Source: an uncultured Candidatus Saccharibacteria bacterium (GTDB lineage Bacteria > Patescibacteriota > Saccharimonadia > Saccharimonadales > AWTP1-31). From it: DNA of 64,000 nucleotides. The DNA lies in the NCBI GenBank assembly GCA_964643545.1, contig CAZXTE010000001.1, forward strand, positions 19,101-83,100, in the 5' to 3' direction. Below the pieces are notes generated by a model. The model saw nothing but the letters and a program-made list of their open reading frames with translations. It was not told the origin of the DNA and did not search any database. Shown here piece by piece: positions 40,801 through 49,844 of this stretch (positions are counted from its first letter, which is position 1; each line of letters opens with the position of its first letter). Made by a program: the position numbers and the translations under genes.

Positions 40801-41575
40801 CACCTGCTGCCTTCCACATACCCTGGTTTGGGTCTTTTCGCCAGCCTTCTACGTCAAGGTTACTCACTTTGTCATTGACCTTAATCTTGTAGTCGCTTGC
40901 CCCGCCACTAAAACCATCCCGGGTTATTTCTATGCCGTATTTCTCGGATAGTTTATTCTCGAGGCGTGCATCGCGCCAACCCCTAAACAAGCGGGCAGCC
41001 GGCGAATCGCCTTCTAGATTGGCAATACAATTTTTGTCTATTGTCCCAGACGAACGACTACAGGTTCCCTTGCCTAGGTTTGGGATCACCTTATCTCGGA
41101 GGTACTTGTCTAGTAGCCTTTCTGCTCTCGTTTGCACAGCACTCTCCGAGCTGGCAAAAAAGCGACTCTGCAAATTTTCCATGATGTGGTTAATCTTCAA
41201 GGGCAAAAACGCCATGAATGCGGCCAGAATCAAACCGCCAATGCCACCCCCAATAAGCCCAGCACCAATCAATTTCTTTTTTTTGCCGCCCGTGGCACCT
41301 GCTAAAAATTTCTTAAGGCTTTGAAGGTCTTTTACATCCTCAGTATTGTAGCCGCTCCCAACCCTATCGCCGAGCGCATCTGCTTCTCTTGATGCGGCTC
41401 CGCCAACACCATCCGCTGCCTCTCCCTGAGCCTCTTGCTCTGAGATATTTGGTGTTTCTGTCGAAGCGTCACCACTGGCCTCGTTTGTTAGTTTGGGGTC
41501 CTCATCTCCGCCCCCCACACTTCCTGATGCTCTTCGAGGCGAGTCATCGTCATATATTTTTGATGGTTCACCCAT
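37829..41575 (-). CDS. giant (1248 aa) T4SS-associated membrane-anchored protein with SGNH/GDSL hydrolase-like and peptidase M15 (VanY-like) C-terminal domains
   Basis: N-terminal TM after a K-rich segment (LIGAGLIGGGIGGLILAAFMAF). GDSL-like VYVVGDSLTNG block. M15 motifs SRHQSGDAVDF (S-x-H-x-x-G-x-A-x-D) and terminal EPWHW. Confidence 0.7.
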   Translation of the reverse strand: MGEPSKIYDDDSPRRASGSVGGGDEDPKLTNEASGDASTETPNISEQEAQGEAADGVGGAASREADALGDRVGSGYNTEDVKDLQSLKKFLAGATGGKKKKLIGAGLIGGGIGGLILAAFMAFLPLKINHIMENLQSRFFASSESAVQTRAERLLDKYLRDKVIPNLGKGTCSRSSGTIDKNCIANLEGDSPAARLFRGWRDARLENKLSEKYGIEITRDGFSGGASDYKIKVNDKVSNLDVEGWRKDPNQGMWKAAGGRNDVRIKVRESFKEETLWKRVMYRFKVGRLLEEKYGIRRCVFACKSKDRIDDWKDKKKGAFRLVINRRVIIPYTQHLGFVLECIIDPACDSDKASKGEADNDGVRRDKIEKQIREALEKSGKEFTEETVEKIVEKTIKLADKSLTAFIVEEVVAKIAGEAAGSAASKGLPVIGWIDLAARITAKAKSAGPALKRWKYEIIGTQMVATYMLYRTTADECKGMHCNVELLGSMTNGVGDSAGDKDHKNQPAELAPLYGDILGEPIQKSSFLDVLSPQKAYAAETGSTASEPKYTCDDKNKPDTGKLICPEESLLTNGVIQKISDIFNQPPLSLLGQTADAWNATIGQILNLINKLIDLGVGAVEAAISKIFPQYADLKKMIEEQIGKIFETIAKWLIPSPVSADMSGARTFDMLAGGADVAGNNDAHYGLGGIRLTDAQVAEIRADQENQRNEEFQRQPFFARMFSTESPKSLVSQMAMATPSSVTRTANTGVTGLLANPFTSLSKSFGSLLATKKTFAADAKPDPFGVVQYGFPKNSSALDVDPDTLTDAVCEKMDKDWANGRGEFAGTLIEDKETGTDVHTKENPCLLNKKAVAAAGGRYTTDVLDPEDYESETTSGGGGSNSGGGNNAVYVVGDSLTNGMKDLGSLTNKLQTAGWEVTKVQATDGIDVDRSLEKIDLDRNEVSRAGTIAVMLGTNPGPDSPQFASKIKLMVDKIHEYNPSAKIFWMNAKTQISNYDAVAAAVSSQAAALKYTPIDWRAEVAKNPAKYPFAPDKIHHTAAGYLAKSDFLVASLGPPPASTGGTGDGTCASGTKNVGLADGYEGGVLKKITLCAILGFPSSSEESNPRSQYYVNGADGNVLVAADKSNDWVNMFNAMKSDGVSPKASSSFRTMKHQQELCAKDDKCPNGVYSDVAKPGTSRHQSGDAVDFALTRVGHPEEFGTKNGGKASPSNPRVAPGMPMWDWLIDNAGKYNLKQYWNEPWHWSHTGS

Positions 41576-41601
41576 GGTTGTTTATACGGCTCCGACCATA
41601 G

Positions 41602-43515
41602 TTAAACTCCAGGCGTCAATCTATTGTTAAGGTCAATGGTGCCTTGTGGCTGATTGATTTCGCCCTGTCTCATTTGTTGAACCTGCTGCGGATTCGTTGT
41701 GATAAGCCCGGTTTCTGTAGGGCTGGCTGTAATCTGGATATGAACGTGGCTTTGCCCAGCGAAGAACAGGCCCTGGCCAACAGGAAATTGACTGAGGCGC
41801 TTCTTCTCCTCGCTGGTAAGCTTGAATATATCAGCCAATACATCAACGGCAGACGTCGACTGCTTCAGCAGTATCTGCATGCTTGCGTTGGCAACGATCG
41901 CGCGACCCATGCGTGATCCCATAAAGTCCTCCACATCCTGGCTAATGGTGGTAATGCCGAGGTTGTACTTTCGAGCACGTTTTGCAAGCGAAAACAAGAA
42001 GTTAGCAGAGTCTTCGTACTTCATAAGCTGCCAAGCTTCATCGACAATCAGAATGCGACGTTTTACGTCACTCTTCGTTTTGTTCCAGATGTAGTTCAGT
42101 ACAATGTACATAGCAACGGGGCGTAATTCGTCCTCGAGGTCACGTATGTTAAACACAACCAGGGGATTATTGACGTTAGTATTCGATTGCTGACTAAAAA
42201 TGCCCGCAAATGTACCGGTGGTATATTTTCTTAGACGCTGTGCGAGCTGTGGTCCTGTGCCGCCCATATGTAGCAGCGTGTCGTACAGATCGGCAATTGT
42301 TGGCGGAACCCCATTGTGCGTGAGTGGATCGTTGGTTATGCCGGCCTTGGCATATGTTTCGATGAGTGCTGCGTCGAGGTCGGATTCTTCTACGGGGGAT
42401 AAAGCAGGAACAGCGGCTACACCGCCACTTGCTGCCATTTGTGCTTGTGCGCCACCCATCATCAGTCGGAAGAGCCCGTGCAAAGTAATAATATTACTAC
42501 GCAAGGCGTTGTCGGCTTCTTCGGCATCTACAACCTTCGGAAGGTCAAAGGGGTTAATGCGTGTTGCTGAGCTCAAACTTAGTCGTACATATGCACCACC
42601 GACTGCATCACACATTCGCTGGTATTCGTTTTCTGGGTCAATAATAAAGATTTCGGTGCCGAACATAAGACTACGCAACGCTTCTAGCTTAACGGTAAAC
42701 GACTTACCAGCACCCGACTTGGCAAAGACAACTGAGTTGCCATTTTCTAGGCTAAACCGATCAAATATAACAAGACCAGAGTTGTGCATGTTGATGCCGT
42801 ACAATATGCCATTCTCTTGGCTCAGGTCGGCCGAAGTAAACGGGAAGCTCGTGCTAATCGCGCCCGTGTTCATATTGCGACGAATCTGAAGCTGGTCCAT
42901 AAATTGCGGTATGCAACTATTAAAGCCCTGCTCTTGCTGTGAGGTAGCTGCTTTGGAGTAGGTTAGCTGTTGGCCCAGCATAGACTCGATCTTGTGGGTT
43001 ACAAACTCCAGTTCGTCCATGTCGCCTGCGTAGACAGTAAAATATAATCCAAAACGGAAGAAACGTTCCTCGCCAACCTGTAACTTATCGCGCATTTCCT
43101 CAGCATCTGTAATGGCGGCCTGCTTGCCTGGGTCTCGCACGCGTCCCTTCTCTGCGTCAATCTGTAGACCGGCCTCTAACTGCGTTACTTTTTTGCGCAA
43201 GTTCTCCAAAACCACTTGGCTTTCCACGGGGTATATATACATAGAAAGATCCATAACCTCGTCGATGTTTACCAGGCTACTTGCCCAGCCTGTAAAAACC
43301 TGGCGGGGGTATCCGTAGACATAAAATGTTCTGGCTATCCTGGTCCCAATATGGAACAGACTATTCTCGAACACAAGTGAACTGGGGGCGATAAAGTCAC
43401 GAAGTGCAGTGATGCCCTTTTGGAACGCTGCGCTTACCTCTTGCTCTTCTCGTGCTCGTTGCGCTTGTGCGATTGCAACCGGGTCAACGGGTTGGTTCTT
43501 TCTGCCAAAAGCCAT
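41602..43515 (-). CDS. virB4: type IV secretion ATPase VirB4/TrbE family (Gram-positive PrgJ/TraE-like)
   Basis: Walker A FAKSGAGKSF, Walker B RILIVDEAWQ, and an N-terminal APSS..F...ARTFYV..YP signature typical of monoderm VirB4. Confidence 0.85.
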   Translation of the reverse strand: MAFGRKNQPVDPVAIAQAQRAREEQEVSAAFQKGITALRDFIAPSSLVFENSLFHIGTRIARTFYVYGYPRQVFTGWASSLVNIDEVMDLSMYIYPVESQVVLENLRKKVTQLEAGLQIDAEKGRVRDPGKQAAITDAEEMRDKLQVGEERFFRFGLYFTVYAGDMDELEFVTHKIESMLGQQLTYSKAATSQQEQGFNSCIPQFMDQLQIRRNMNTGAISTSFPFTSADLSQENGILYGINMHNSGLVIFDRFSLENGNSVVFAKSGAGKSFTVKLEALRSLMFGTEIFIIDPENEYQRMCDAVGGAYVRLSLSSATRINPFDLPKVVDAEEADNALRSNIITLHGLFRLMMGGAQAQMAASGGVAAVPALSPVEESDLDAALIETYAKAGITNDPLTHNGVPPTIADLYDTLLHMGGTGPQLAQRLRKYTTGTFAGIFSQQSNTNVNNPLVVFNIRDLEDELRPVAMYIVLNYIWNKTKSDVKRRILIVDEAWQLMKYEDSANFLFSLAKRARKYNLGITTISQDVEDFMGSRMGRAIVANASMQILLKQSTSAVDVLADIFKLTSEEKKRLSQFPVGQGLFFAGQSHVHIQITASPTETGLITTNPQQVQQMRQGEINQPQGTIDLNNRLTPGV

Positions 43516-44387
43516 TACAGTAGCTCCCTGTCTAAGTTTGGTTGTGGAGCCTGTCCTTGCCCTCTTGTGACAACAGGTGTTGAAAGATCACCGAAGTTAC
43601 GAAGTTGCTGCCTTGTTGCAGTATCTGGGTTGTAGGCATCGTAGTAGAGCTCGATAAGTTCCTGGGTATCGAGTGGTAACCCTTGGATGCCGCACTGCAT
43701 CAATCCAGAGAGTACAGCTTGTACGCGGTTTCTCAGCTCGTCTTTTGCCTTGGCGAGATCAGTCTCATTGATAACCACTTGCTTCTCAGGCTTCTTGCTG
43801 AACAGTGCCCCAATGCCACCAACAAGTTTCTTGCTTTCATCCAGTGTTTTCTGCAGGTCTGCTACGGGGAAATAGGGTATGACCACGTAAAAACGTTTAT
43901 CCATAATGTTGGTTTGTTGGCTCAACTGATCCATGAAATTTATGTAATCGTCCATGAGTAGCGCCAACAGCATGTTGTCGTGCTCGCTACGAATTTTGAC
44001 AAGCTTATCCAAGTAAGGTCCAAGGTCTACCTTCTCGGAACGGATCATAATTTGTATAGGGAAATAGAGAGAATTTAGAAAACCCTGGTAGCTAAACTCA
44101 ACAGCCTCTCGTTCTTGCGGGCTCATTAGGTCAAAGTTAATAGATTTTGTCATGATGACGGAACGGAAAGAGCCATCGTTCATGATCACAATACCATCTC
44201 GGATTTCCGCTATTTGCAGGGCATTTTGTGTGCTGTTTGGGTTTGATGGTGGTGCAAGAGGTTGTGGTTTGGCCCCAGCGGTACGAGGTGCATTAAAGCT
44301 AGCAGGTGGCGGTCCAGCGGGGGTTGGGTATGCCATCCCGGGCTGGTTTTGTACGGGGTTCATCTGAGGATTTGATGCCGGATTCAT
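43515..44387 (-). CDS. T4SS-associated protein with Pro/Gln/Asn-rich N-terminus, translationally coupled to virB4
   Basis: 290 aa. The N-terminal ~65 aa are low-complexity and Pro-rich. Its stop overlaps the virB4 ATG (TAATG). There is no TM segment. Confidence 0.55.
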   Translation of the reverse strand: MNPASNPQMNPVQNQPGMAYPTPAGPPPASFNAPRTAGAKPQPLAPPSNPNSTQNALQIAEIRDGIVIMNDGSFRSVIMTKSINFDLMSPQEREAVEFSYQGFLNSLYFPIQIMIRSEKVDLGPYLDKLVKIRSEHDNMLLALLMDDYINFMDQLSQQTNIMDKRFYVVIPYFPVADLQKTLDESKKLVGGIGALFSKKPEKQVVINETDLAKAKDELRNRVQAVLSGLMQCGIQGLPLDTQELIELYYDAYNPDTATRQQLRNFGDLSTPVVTRGQGQAPQPNLDRELL

Positions 44388-44427
44388 GCTACCTGTCTAC
44401 CCACTCCCTTGGTGCTCAATTGATAAT

Positions 44428-45471
44428 TTAACGCAGCGATATTATTACTTCACCATCGTCAGTCTTTGATTGACTGGGGTGGTTCTTCTCTGCCTCTCGT
44501 GCCAAACTATCAATCGGGCGATTATTCTCGATTGCTAGGTTCAGTATATCAGGCGCAGGTGCTGCTGTCACCCCTGGTGATTTTGGTTGTGCTTGCGGGG
44601 GCTGACTCGAAAGCGGCTGGAGCTTTCTGTGGTTACGAAACGACTCATCTGGGTGGCTTTTTTGCTCGTGTATCTTGTTTAGTAGCGCCTGCTCATTTGC
44701 GTCTGGTATTGCTGGCTTGGCAAAAGTCGGAGCAGGTGTTGACCCTCCCTGTGATTGCACGAACCAGCCTCCTGGGGGTGCGATATTGGTGCTCGGTGCT
44801 TGTTGCTCCCGAGCAACTTCACGCATGTGAGAGACTGCCTCTTGTTGGTGCACTTCCTTCGACTGGGCAATTTGGGCATCGAGCCGAGCGGCCGTTTGAT
44901 TATCAAAAATATCATCCTCTGCTCGAACATCTATGGTCGAGACCTGCTTTGGCAATTCCTCGACCGCTACAAGCCTGTCCGAGCTTGGCGCCATAGCTAA
45001 CGAACCGTAAGAGGGCTGTGCAAATAAGTTCACGTCCACGTTCTTAATAACCCAACCACGGCTGTCTATGGTTGTTGCCAGCGCCTTAAGGCGGCTTTTG
45101 ACTTCGTTCTGGCTAAGGTTATCAGAGAAGTTCTGTTCAATATGTTTTGGAACAGTTATCTTGACCAGTTCCTTCATGCCCGACTGGTCCCAAATGCGTT
45201 TACGTGGCTTAAAGTAAAAACGGAGCTTAGCGAGGAGCCATACCTCAGTGGGCTGATCTCGACCCCACGGGAACGCCAAAAACCCAAAGACAATCTCTAT
45301 AGGCAACAAAATAACCGCCACAAACCATACATTGTGTGTAAGGCCCAAGAAACTTATGTAAAGACTGGTTACAACAATCGCCCCAAAGATAAATTGTTTC
45401 AGCGTTAAGGGGCCAAGGAACTTATCCTCTGCCTCAATATCCTGGAGAACTTTATACGTAGCCACTAGCAT
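44428..45471 (-). CDS. VirB3/PrgI-like membrane protein with a long Pro-rich C-terminal tail
   Basis: Two N-terminal TM helices (FIFGAIVVTSLYISFLGL; WFVAVILLPIEIVFGFLAF) within the first 70 aa, as in VirB3/TrbD. The tail is Q/P-rich. Confidence 0.5.
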   Translation of the reverse strand: MLVATYKVLQDIEAEDKFLGPLTLKQFIFGAIVVTSLYISFLGLTHNVWFVAVILLPIEIVFGFLAFPWGRDQPTEVWLLAKLRFYFKPRKRIWDQSGMKELVKITVPKHIEQNFSDNLSQNEVKSRLKALATTIDSRGWVIKNVDVNLFAQPSYGSLAMAPSSDRLVAVEELPKQVSTIDVRAEDDIFDNQTAARLDAQIAQSKEVHQQEAVSHMREVAREQQAPSTNIAPPGGWFVQSQGGSTPAPTFAKPAIPDANEQALLNKIHEQKSHPDESFRNHRKLQPLSSQPPQAQPKSPGVTAAPAPDILNLAIENNRPIDSLAREAEKNHPSQSKTDDGEVIISLR

Positions 45472-45523
45472 TTAGTATCTGATATTCATCAGAAGCATGC
45501 AAGTTTTATAGAGGAAACTTGTA

Positions 45524-46495
45524 CTAAAGAGCTGGAGGTCCGGCAGGTGGTGCTGGAGGTGCAGCGGGCGGAGGCGGCAGTGCAGCTATGCGGGCAGCCT
45601 CTGCCGTAGCAGCTGCCTGGGCATCCAGATTGGCAGTTGCAAGTGCGGCAGTAGTTTGTATCTCGTTTAAGACCGCCCGCTCTGCATCGTATCTACCGAC
45701 GGCTGCATCAAGCAGGTTCACTCTCGTTTCTTTGGGGGTAGAAGCGCGTTTGTATTGAGGGCTAAATTCACCCAGAATTTTAAAAGCATCAAATCCACCA
45801 CCCTCCTTGTCGGGTCGCCTAGGGCGTTCCCGGGCAATGGGCATGTTGCTCTCGAATGGACCAAGGTCAGGCGTTGGGGAATAGGAGGTATCCTCTCCTA
45901 GGAGTGCTGGCCCCCGTGATGGAACGTGGCCTTCAAAGAATTCAAGCCCTGTCCCCACAATCCTACCAAGCGCTCCTGGATCGTCAGAGACGTGTTTTCT
46001 GCGACCCGTTGGGATGACTTCACGCCTAATGCTAAACACGGCAAATATTGGAGAGCCGCCGTCTCGGGCAACTTCCACCGGTGTGCTATAGGTTGTTTCA
46101 ACGCGTCCTATCGGCTGCTCTTCTCGCGAAATTCTGCCAGGTATGCGACTTCGCCGGTCTATACCAGGCCCTCTTGTTCGCAGGGCGTTTTGTCGCATGC
46201 GATCGGGCTCGCTTCTTTGGGTACGCTCTGCATCAACACCAATTCGCTGGATTAAGTCATCAACGTCTGCGGCTACTCGCTCTTGTTCTCCGTAGAATTC
46301 AAGCACAGCTTCCGCACCCCTGTGAATGTCCTGTGTTGCCTCAACGTGCGCTTCCCTTGTAGCCTCTTCATCATCACGTCGATCGTGTCTGGCCGTCTGT
46401 AATCTACGACGGAGGTCTTCTTGGTAGGCTGCTTGTTCTGGGCTAGGGATATCGCTCATAGTGTATTTTTGTTTTAATAGTGAGTAACAAATCAA
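45524..46495 (-). CDS. hypothetical charged protein with a C-terminal poly-Pro/Ala tail (VirB10-like linker candidate)
   Basis: The track start is a TTG. An ATG is possible at 46459 (MSDIPSP). The protein is Arg/Asp/Glu-rich and ends PPPPAAPPAPPAGPPAL. GC is higher than its surroundings. Confidence 0.5.
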   Translation of the reverse strand: MICYSLLKQKYTMSDIPSPEQAAYQEDLRRRLQTARHDRRDDEEATREAHVEATQDIHRGAEAVLEFYGEQERVAADVDDLIQRIGVDAERTQRSEPDRMRQNALRTRGPGIDRRSRIPGRISREEQPIGRVETTYSTPVEVARDGGSPIFAVFSIRREVIPTGRRKHVSDDPGALGRIVGTGLEFFEGHVPSRGPALLGEDTSYSPTPDLGPFESNMPIARERPRRPDKEGGGFDAFKILGEFSPQYKRASTPKETRVNLLDAAVGRYDAERAVLNEIQTTAALATANLDAQAAATAEAARIAALPPPPAAPPAPPAGPPAL

Positions 46496-46547
46496 CAGTA
46501 CACTATTTTGGTTAATAAGTCAACAAGGTTGTGTAAAGTCATCTATA

Positions 46548-49500
46548 CTATTGGCGCTTGGTGGGGTCGTTGCCAACATCTATTGGGATATCCTCTCCAG
46601 GAAGTGGGGTACCGGACCGTCCCGCTGGACCACCCGGTACAGTTGAGCGTGTTGGAGTACCGGCTATGGGGTCTGCTCTGCCTGTGGTGCCTACCTCGCG
46701 GCTCCACTCGACGGGGTCAGTTGCGGCGTGCCCTGTAGCTGGGTCGATCCTAGAACTAGTTTCAAATAATGCGTAAAAGTTCTCCATTTCTTCTTTGGTG
46801 CGTCCGCTAGCACCACCACCAACTTGGGTGATCATTCTTCCAGTTGGGGTACCGCTTGCCGTCATTTCCGGTACTGTCTGGCCGATGCTGCGTGCAATTC
46901 GAGCACCACGTTGGATAACTTCATTTGCGGCTGCCTGTTCATCGGCTGTTGCAGCTGGGTTAGCGAGTGTGGTACGAGCACGAACGACTTCTTCTGACAT
47001 TGTAGTCCAGGTGTCCGGATGCTGTTGTGTCATCTGGTATGTGCCTTGGCGTTCATCGATCTCTTGCATAAGGGCTGTGGCATTCATGGTTAGTCCATTC
47101 TCGCCGTATTGGTAATGCTTCCACTCGCGGTCGGTATTCTGGTTGGCGAAGGCCGCACCCGTCCATATGCCACCCATTTGGCCTGTAGTAGCATTTTCGG
47201 CAGCACCACCACGTGTTGCTAGGCGACCAACGTTCTGGTACAGGTAATCATGTTGTTCTTGGGTGGTGGCTTTGCGCATTTCGTAACTAAGAGCGTACTG
47301 TGCAGCATCTTGGTCCCCACGCCAGCGATTGTGTGCCGCATCCACGGCACTTTCGTCGACCCATTTCCCACCAAGTGTTTTATATTGACGTGTATTATTG
47401 TGGATTCGAACATGACCATTCCCGTCCGGGTCGTAGAGGTTGCCGGCTATAGCATCGGCCTCCGCCTTGTTTACAGTCAGTGCTCGTACCTCAGTATCAT
47501 CCCCGGTAGAGGTCAGCTGCTCCATTCGTTTTTGTGTTTCGCCACGCATTGCTGTAATACCCTCCTCGAGGTTATAGCCACCAACACGCCCCTGCAAGAA
47601 TCGCGCGCTTCTGCCAAACCGACCGCCCCTGCTGGCGTAGGTGCCAAGGGCACGGTATTGACGATCTCGTGCTGTTAGCATGCGGCGCTGCACATCTTGT
47701 TTGGCCTGTTCTTTGCGACTTTTGGTGAGCCCTCCAACCTTTGCGGTGCCCCCAGCAACGGCTGCATAGAGTTTGCCCATGGCTCCCCCGGCAAACTTGA
47801 AAGCAAAAGGAATCAGGAATAATGGGATAATTTGCAGCGAGAATGCGATGAGACCCGCAAGTCCCGCGGAAACAGGGTTGGGACTTCCGGAAGTCCCTAC
47901 GGCGTCATTTGCTACGAGTATTGTTGCGCTCAATATGCTGGCAGTCGAGAATATAACAACAACAATTGGGAACACTAGTAATGTCTCGAATAATAAGTTC
48001 CACCACTTTTTAAAATATTGTTCGGTATTTGGGAGGCAGTACAAAGCAAATGCAACGGGGCTGACCATAATGAGGGCTAATATAATGCCGCGCCGAATAA
48101 CGAGCGTTGCAAAGACCGCAAGGATGGCTAACATTGCCGGAACGACAATGCCGATAAGAATAAAAACTGCCGCCTTCCCCAGGAACCCTGCCGTTAAAAA
48201 CCCACCCAGGAACCCTGCAATACCTGCAGCCCCAAGAAACAATGCGAGAACAGTAGTTAGTACTGCGCCAAGTTGCGCCCCTGGGCTGGGAGCTGCATGA
48301 AGCAAATCGGCCACTGGGGCCATCATGAGCTGGGCAATTCCCTTGCCAAGAACGTTGGTGATGTCCACGAGCAAAGCCACAATGTAGACAGATAAGTTTA
48401 TGAGTATGGCCGCTATTAATATGCGTGGCATCACTTTCTTGGCTGTATACGCATCGATAATGCCTCCACCGATAGTTTGCCCAAAAACAATGACCAGCAT
48501 GGCTATGATGAGGAATATATTGCCATAAACGCGAAATGCCGACCACGCCTTGAAGCTCGGGTCTGATGGGTCGGTAGAAACAGGGCTGGTATATAAAAGA
48601 GGGGATACAAGATTCTTAAAAAGCCAGTCAGTTGTTTCGGCAAACATATTAAAGACAGGGCAAAGTATCCAGTTTAGGCTAAAACCAGATGCTTCGCAGG
48701 TGGCGTTTGTGTCGTCCGATGTGCCGTCCGTGTTCCCACCCCCAGACGGGTTACTGCCCCCACTATTATCTCCCTGATTTCCTTTAGAATCTTCAATTTG
48801 TTTCTGGTAATCGCCATCAAGATCCTTCATGAGCTTAGATAGGTCTGGGGTAAAGCCGTCATCTTCCAAAATATGGAAACATTTTTTATTCTTGTCGCCG
48901 CCACACTGCTGAGAGTTACTGTTCGTATCTAGATTATAGACGAGACTACTCCCGACCATCTGCACTGCGTAATTATCTGCCGTGATTGCGGCACTGGACC
49001 ATGTTACGTCATCTTGGTCTACTTCAAAGTCTTGATTGATGGTGAGTGCAATTGTTATCTCTTTGCCATCCTTGTCCTTTATGACGGATGCTGCACCACT
49101 ATTGTTGTTGCCAGGCAGCTTAATGAGACGAAAGCGAAAATTACCCGACTTTTTTAGAAAGGCGAGCTTGTCTGCCTGGGCACTAGCTTGTATGTAGTCT
49201 TTATCGCCAGCTTTAATTTTAAAGTGGACGCTTACTTTTCTTTGATTAAGTGGGCTGATATCGATACGTGACGTACATGTCTTGTCTCGATACGATTTGT
49301 CGGCAAACTTTTGGTGTTCCTCCCAGACCCCTGAGCTCTTAAGCTTTGAGTAGAGCTTTTCGGCTTGATCTGCATAAAACCTCTTGGTGCTCGCGTCGCC
49401 GCCATTACGAATGTCCCACAAGTGGTCCTGATCTTTGGGGTTGCCTTTCTGGTAGGTAAATGTGCCAGGAAAGCACAGGTCCATGGTAAGCCGTGCATCT

Positions 49501-49844
49501 CCATTAACAAATGTGGCAATACGGGGCGCAGCTACTGTAGAAAACTCAGCCGAGGCAGTCTTATAGGTATAGTCACCATTATCCGGGATAGATTCTGCTT
49601 TGTTATCGGCGCGAATGTAAGGCAAGTCTCGATCCGTGCGGGTTGTAAAGACATCCTTTCCCGGAACACGATTATAATTTGAGTTCACATCGTCATCATA
49701 AGGACTGGTAGCGTATGCTATTTGTGGCGTGAAAATAATAACGCCAGCAAGAAGCTGCAGGATGATAAATGATATAAAAGCAAATGGAATAAGCTTGCGG
49801 TTAGATCTCACAACTGAAGTATAGATTAACGGAATTAAATACAC
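46548..49844 (-). CDS. VirB6/TrbL/PrgH-like polytopic T4SS channel protein with large N-terminal extracytoplasmic and C-terminal soluble domains
   Basis: 1098 aa with a signal/TM at the N-terminus and a central block of about 7 TM helices (residues ~420-650). Both termini are hydrophilic. Confidence 0.6.
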   Translation of the reverse strand: MYLIPLIYTSVVRSNRKLIPFAFISFIILQLLAGVIIFTPQIAYATSPYDDDVNSNYNRVPGKDVFTTRTDRDLPYIRADNKAESIPDNGDYTYKTASAEFSTVAAPRIATFVNGDARLTMDLCFPGTFTYQKGNPKDQDHLWDIRNGGDASTKRFYADQAEKLYSKLKSSGVWEEHQKFADKSYRDKTCTSRIDISPLNQRKVSVHFKIKAGDKDYIQASAQADKLAFLKKSGNFRFRLIKLPGNNNSGAASVIKDKDGKEITIALTINQDFEVDQDDVTWSSAAITADNYAVQMVGSSLVYNLDTNSNSQQCGGDKNKKCFHILEDDGFTPDLSKLMKDLDGDYQKQIEDSKGNQGDNSGGSNPSGGGNTDGTSDDTNATCEASGFSLNWILCPVFNMFAETTDWLFKNLVSPLLYTSPVSTDPSDPSFKAWSAFRVYGNIFLIIAMLVIVFGQTIGGGIIDAYTAKKVMPRILIAAILINLSVYIVALLVDITNVLGKGIAQLMMAPVADLLHAAPSPGAQLGAVLTTVLALFLGAAGIAGFLGGFLTAGFLGKAAVFILIGIVVPAMLAILAVFATLVIRRGIILALIMVSPVAFALYCLPNTEQYFKKWWNLLFETLLVFPIVVVIFSTASILSATILVANDAVGTSGSPNPVSAGLAGLIAFSLQIIPLFLIPFAFKFAGGAMGKLYAAVAGGTAKVGGLTKSRKEQAKQDVQRRMLTARDRQYRALGTYASRGGRFGRSARFLQGRVGGYNLEEGITAMRGETQKRMEQLTSTGDDTEVRALTVNKAEADAIAGNLYDPDGNGHVRIHNNTRQYKTLGGKWVDESAVDAAHNRWRGDQDAAQYALSYEMRKATTQEQHDYLYQNVGRLATRGGAAENATTGQMGGIWTGAAFANQNTDREWKHYQYGENGLTMNATALMQEIDERQGTYQMTQQHPDTWTTMSEEVVRARTTLANPAATADEQAAANEVIQRGARIARSIGQTVPEMTASGTPTGRMITQVGGGASGRTKEEMENFYALFETSSRIDPATGHAATDPVEWSREVGTTGRADPIAGTPTRSTVPGGPAGRSGTPLPGEDIPIDVGNDPTKRQ

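Noticed and set aside
43513-44387. 290-aa ORF plus virB4 being one frameshifted gene
   Set aside because: The overlap is a TAATG translational-coupling junction with the ATG in a different frame, and the VirB4 N-terminus (APSS...ARTFYV..YP) is already complete. A true fission or fusion cannot be excluded without orthologs.
41644-48546. Numerous 60-230-aa antisense ORFs inside virB4, the VirB6-like gene and the 323-aa gene (e.g. 42200..42889+, 45926..46362+, 47773..48300+, 48010..48546-)
   Set aside because: GC-rich coding DNA lacks stop codons on the opposite strand. These ORFs are Arg/Ser/Pro/Ala-rich low-complexity translations nested in well-supported genes.
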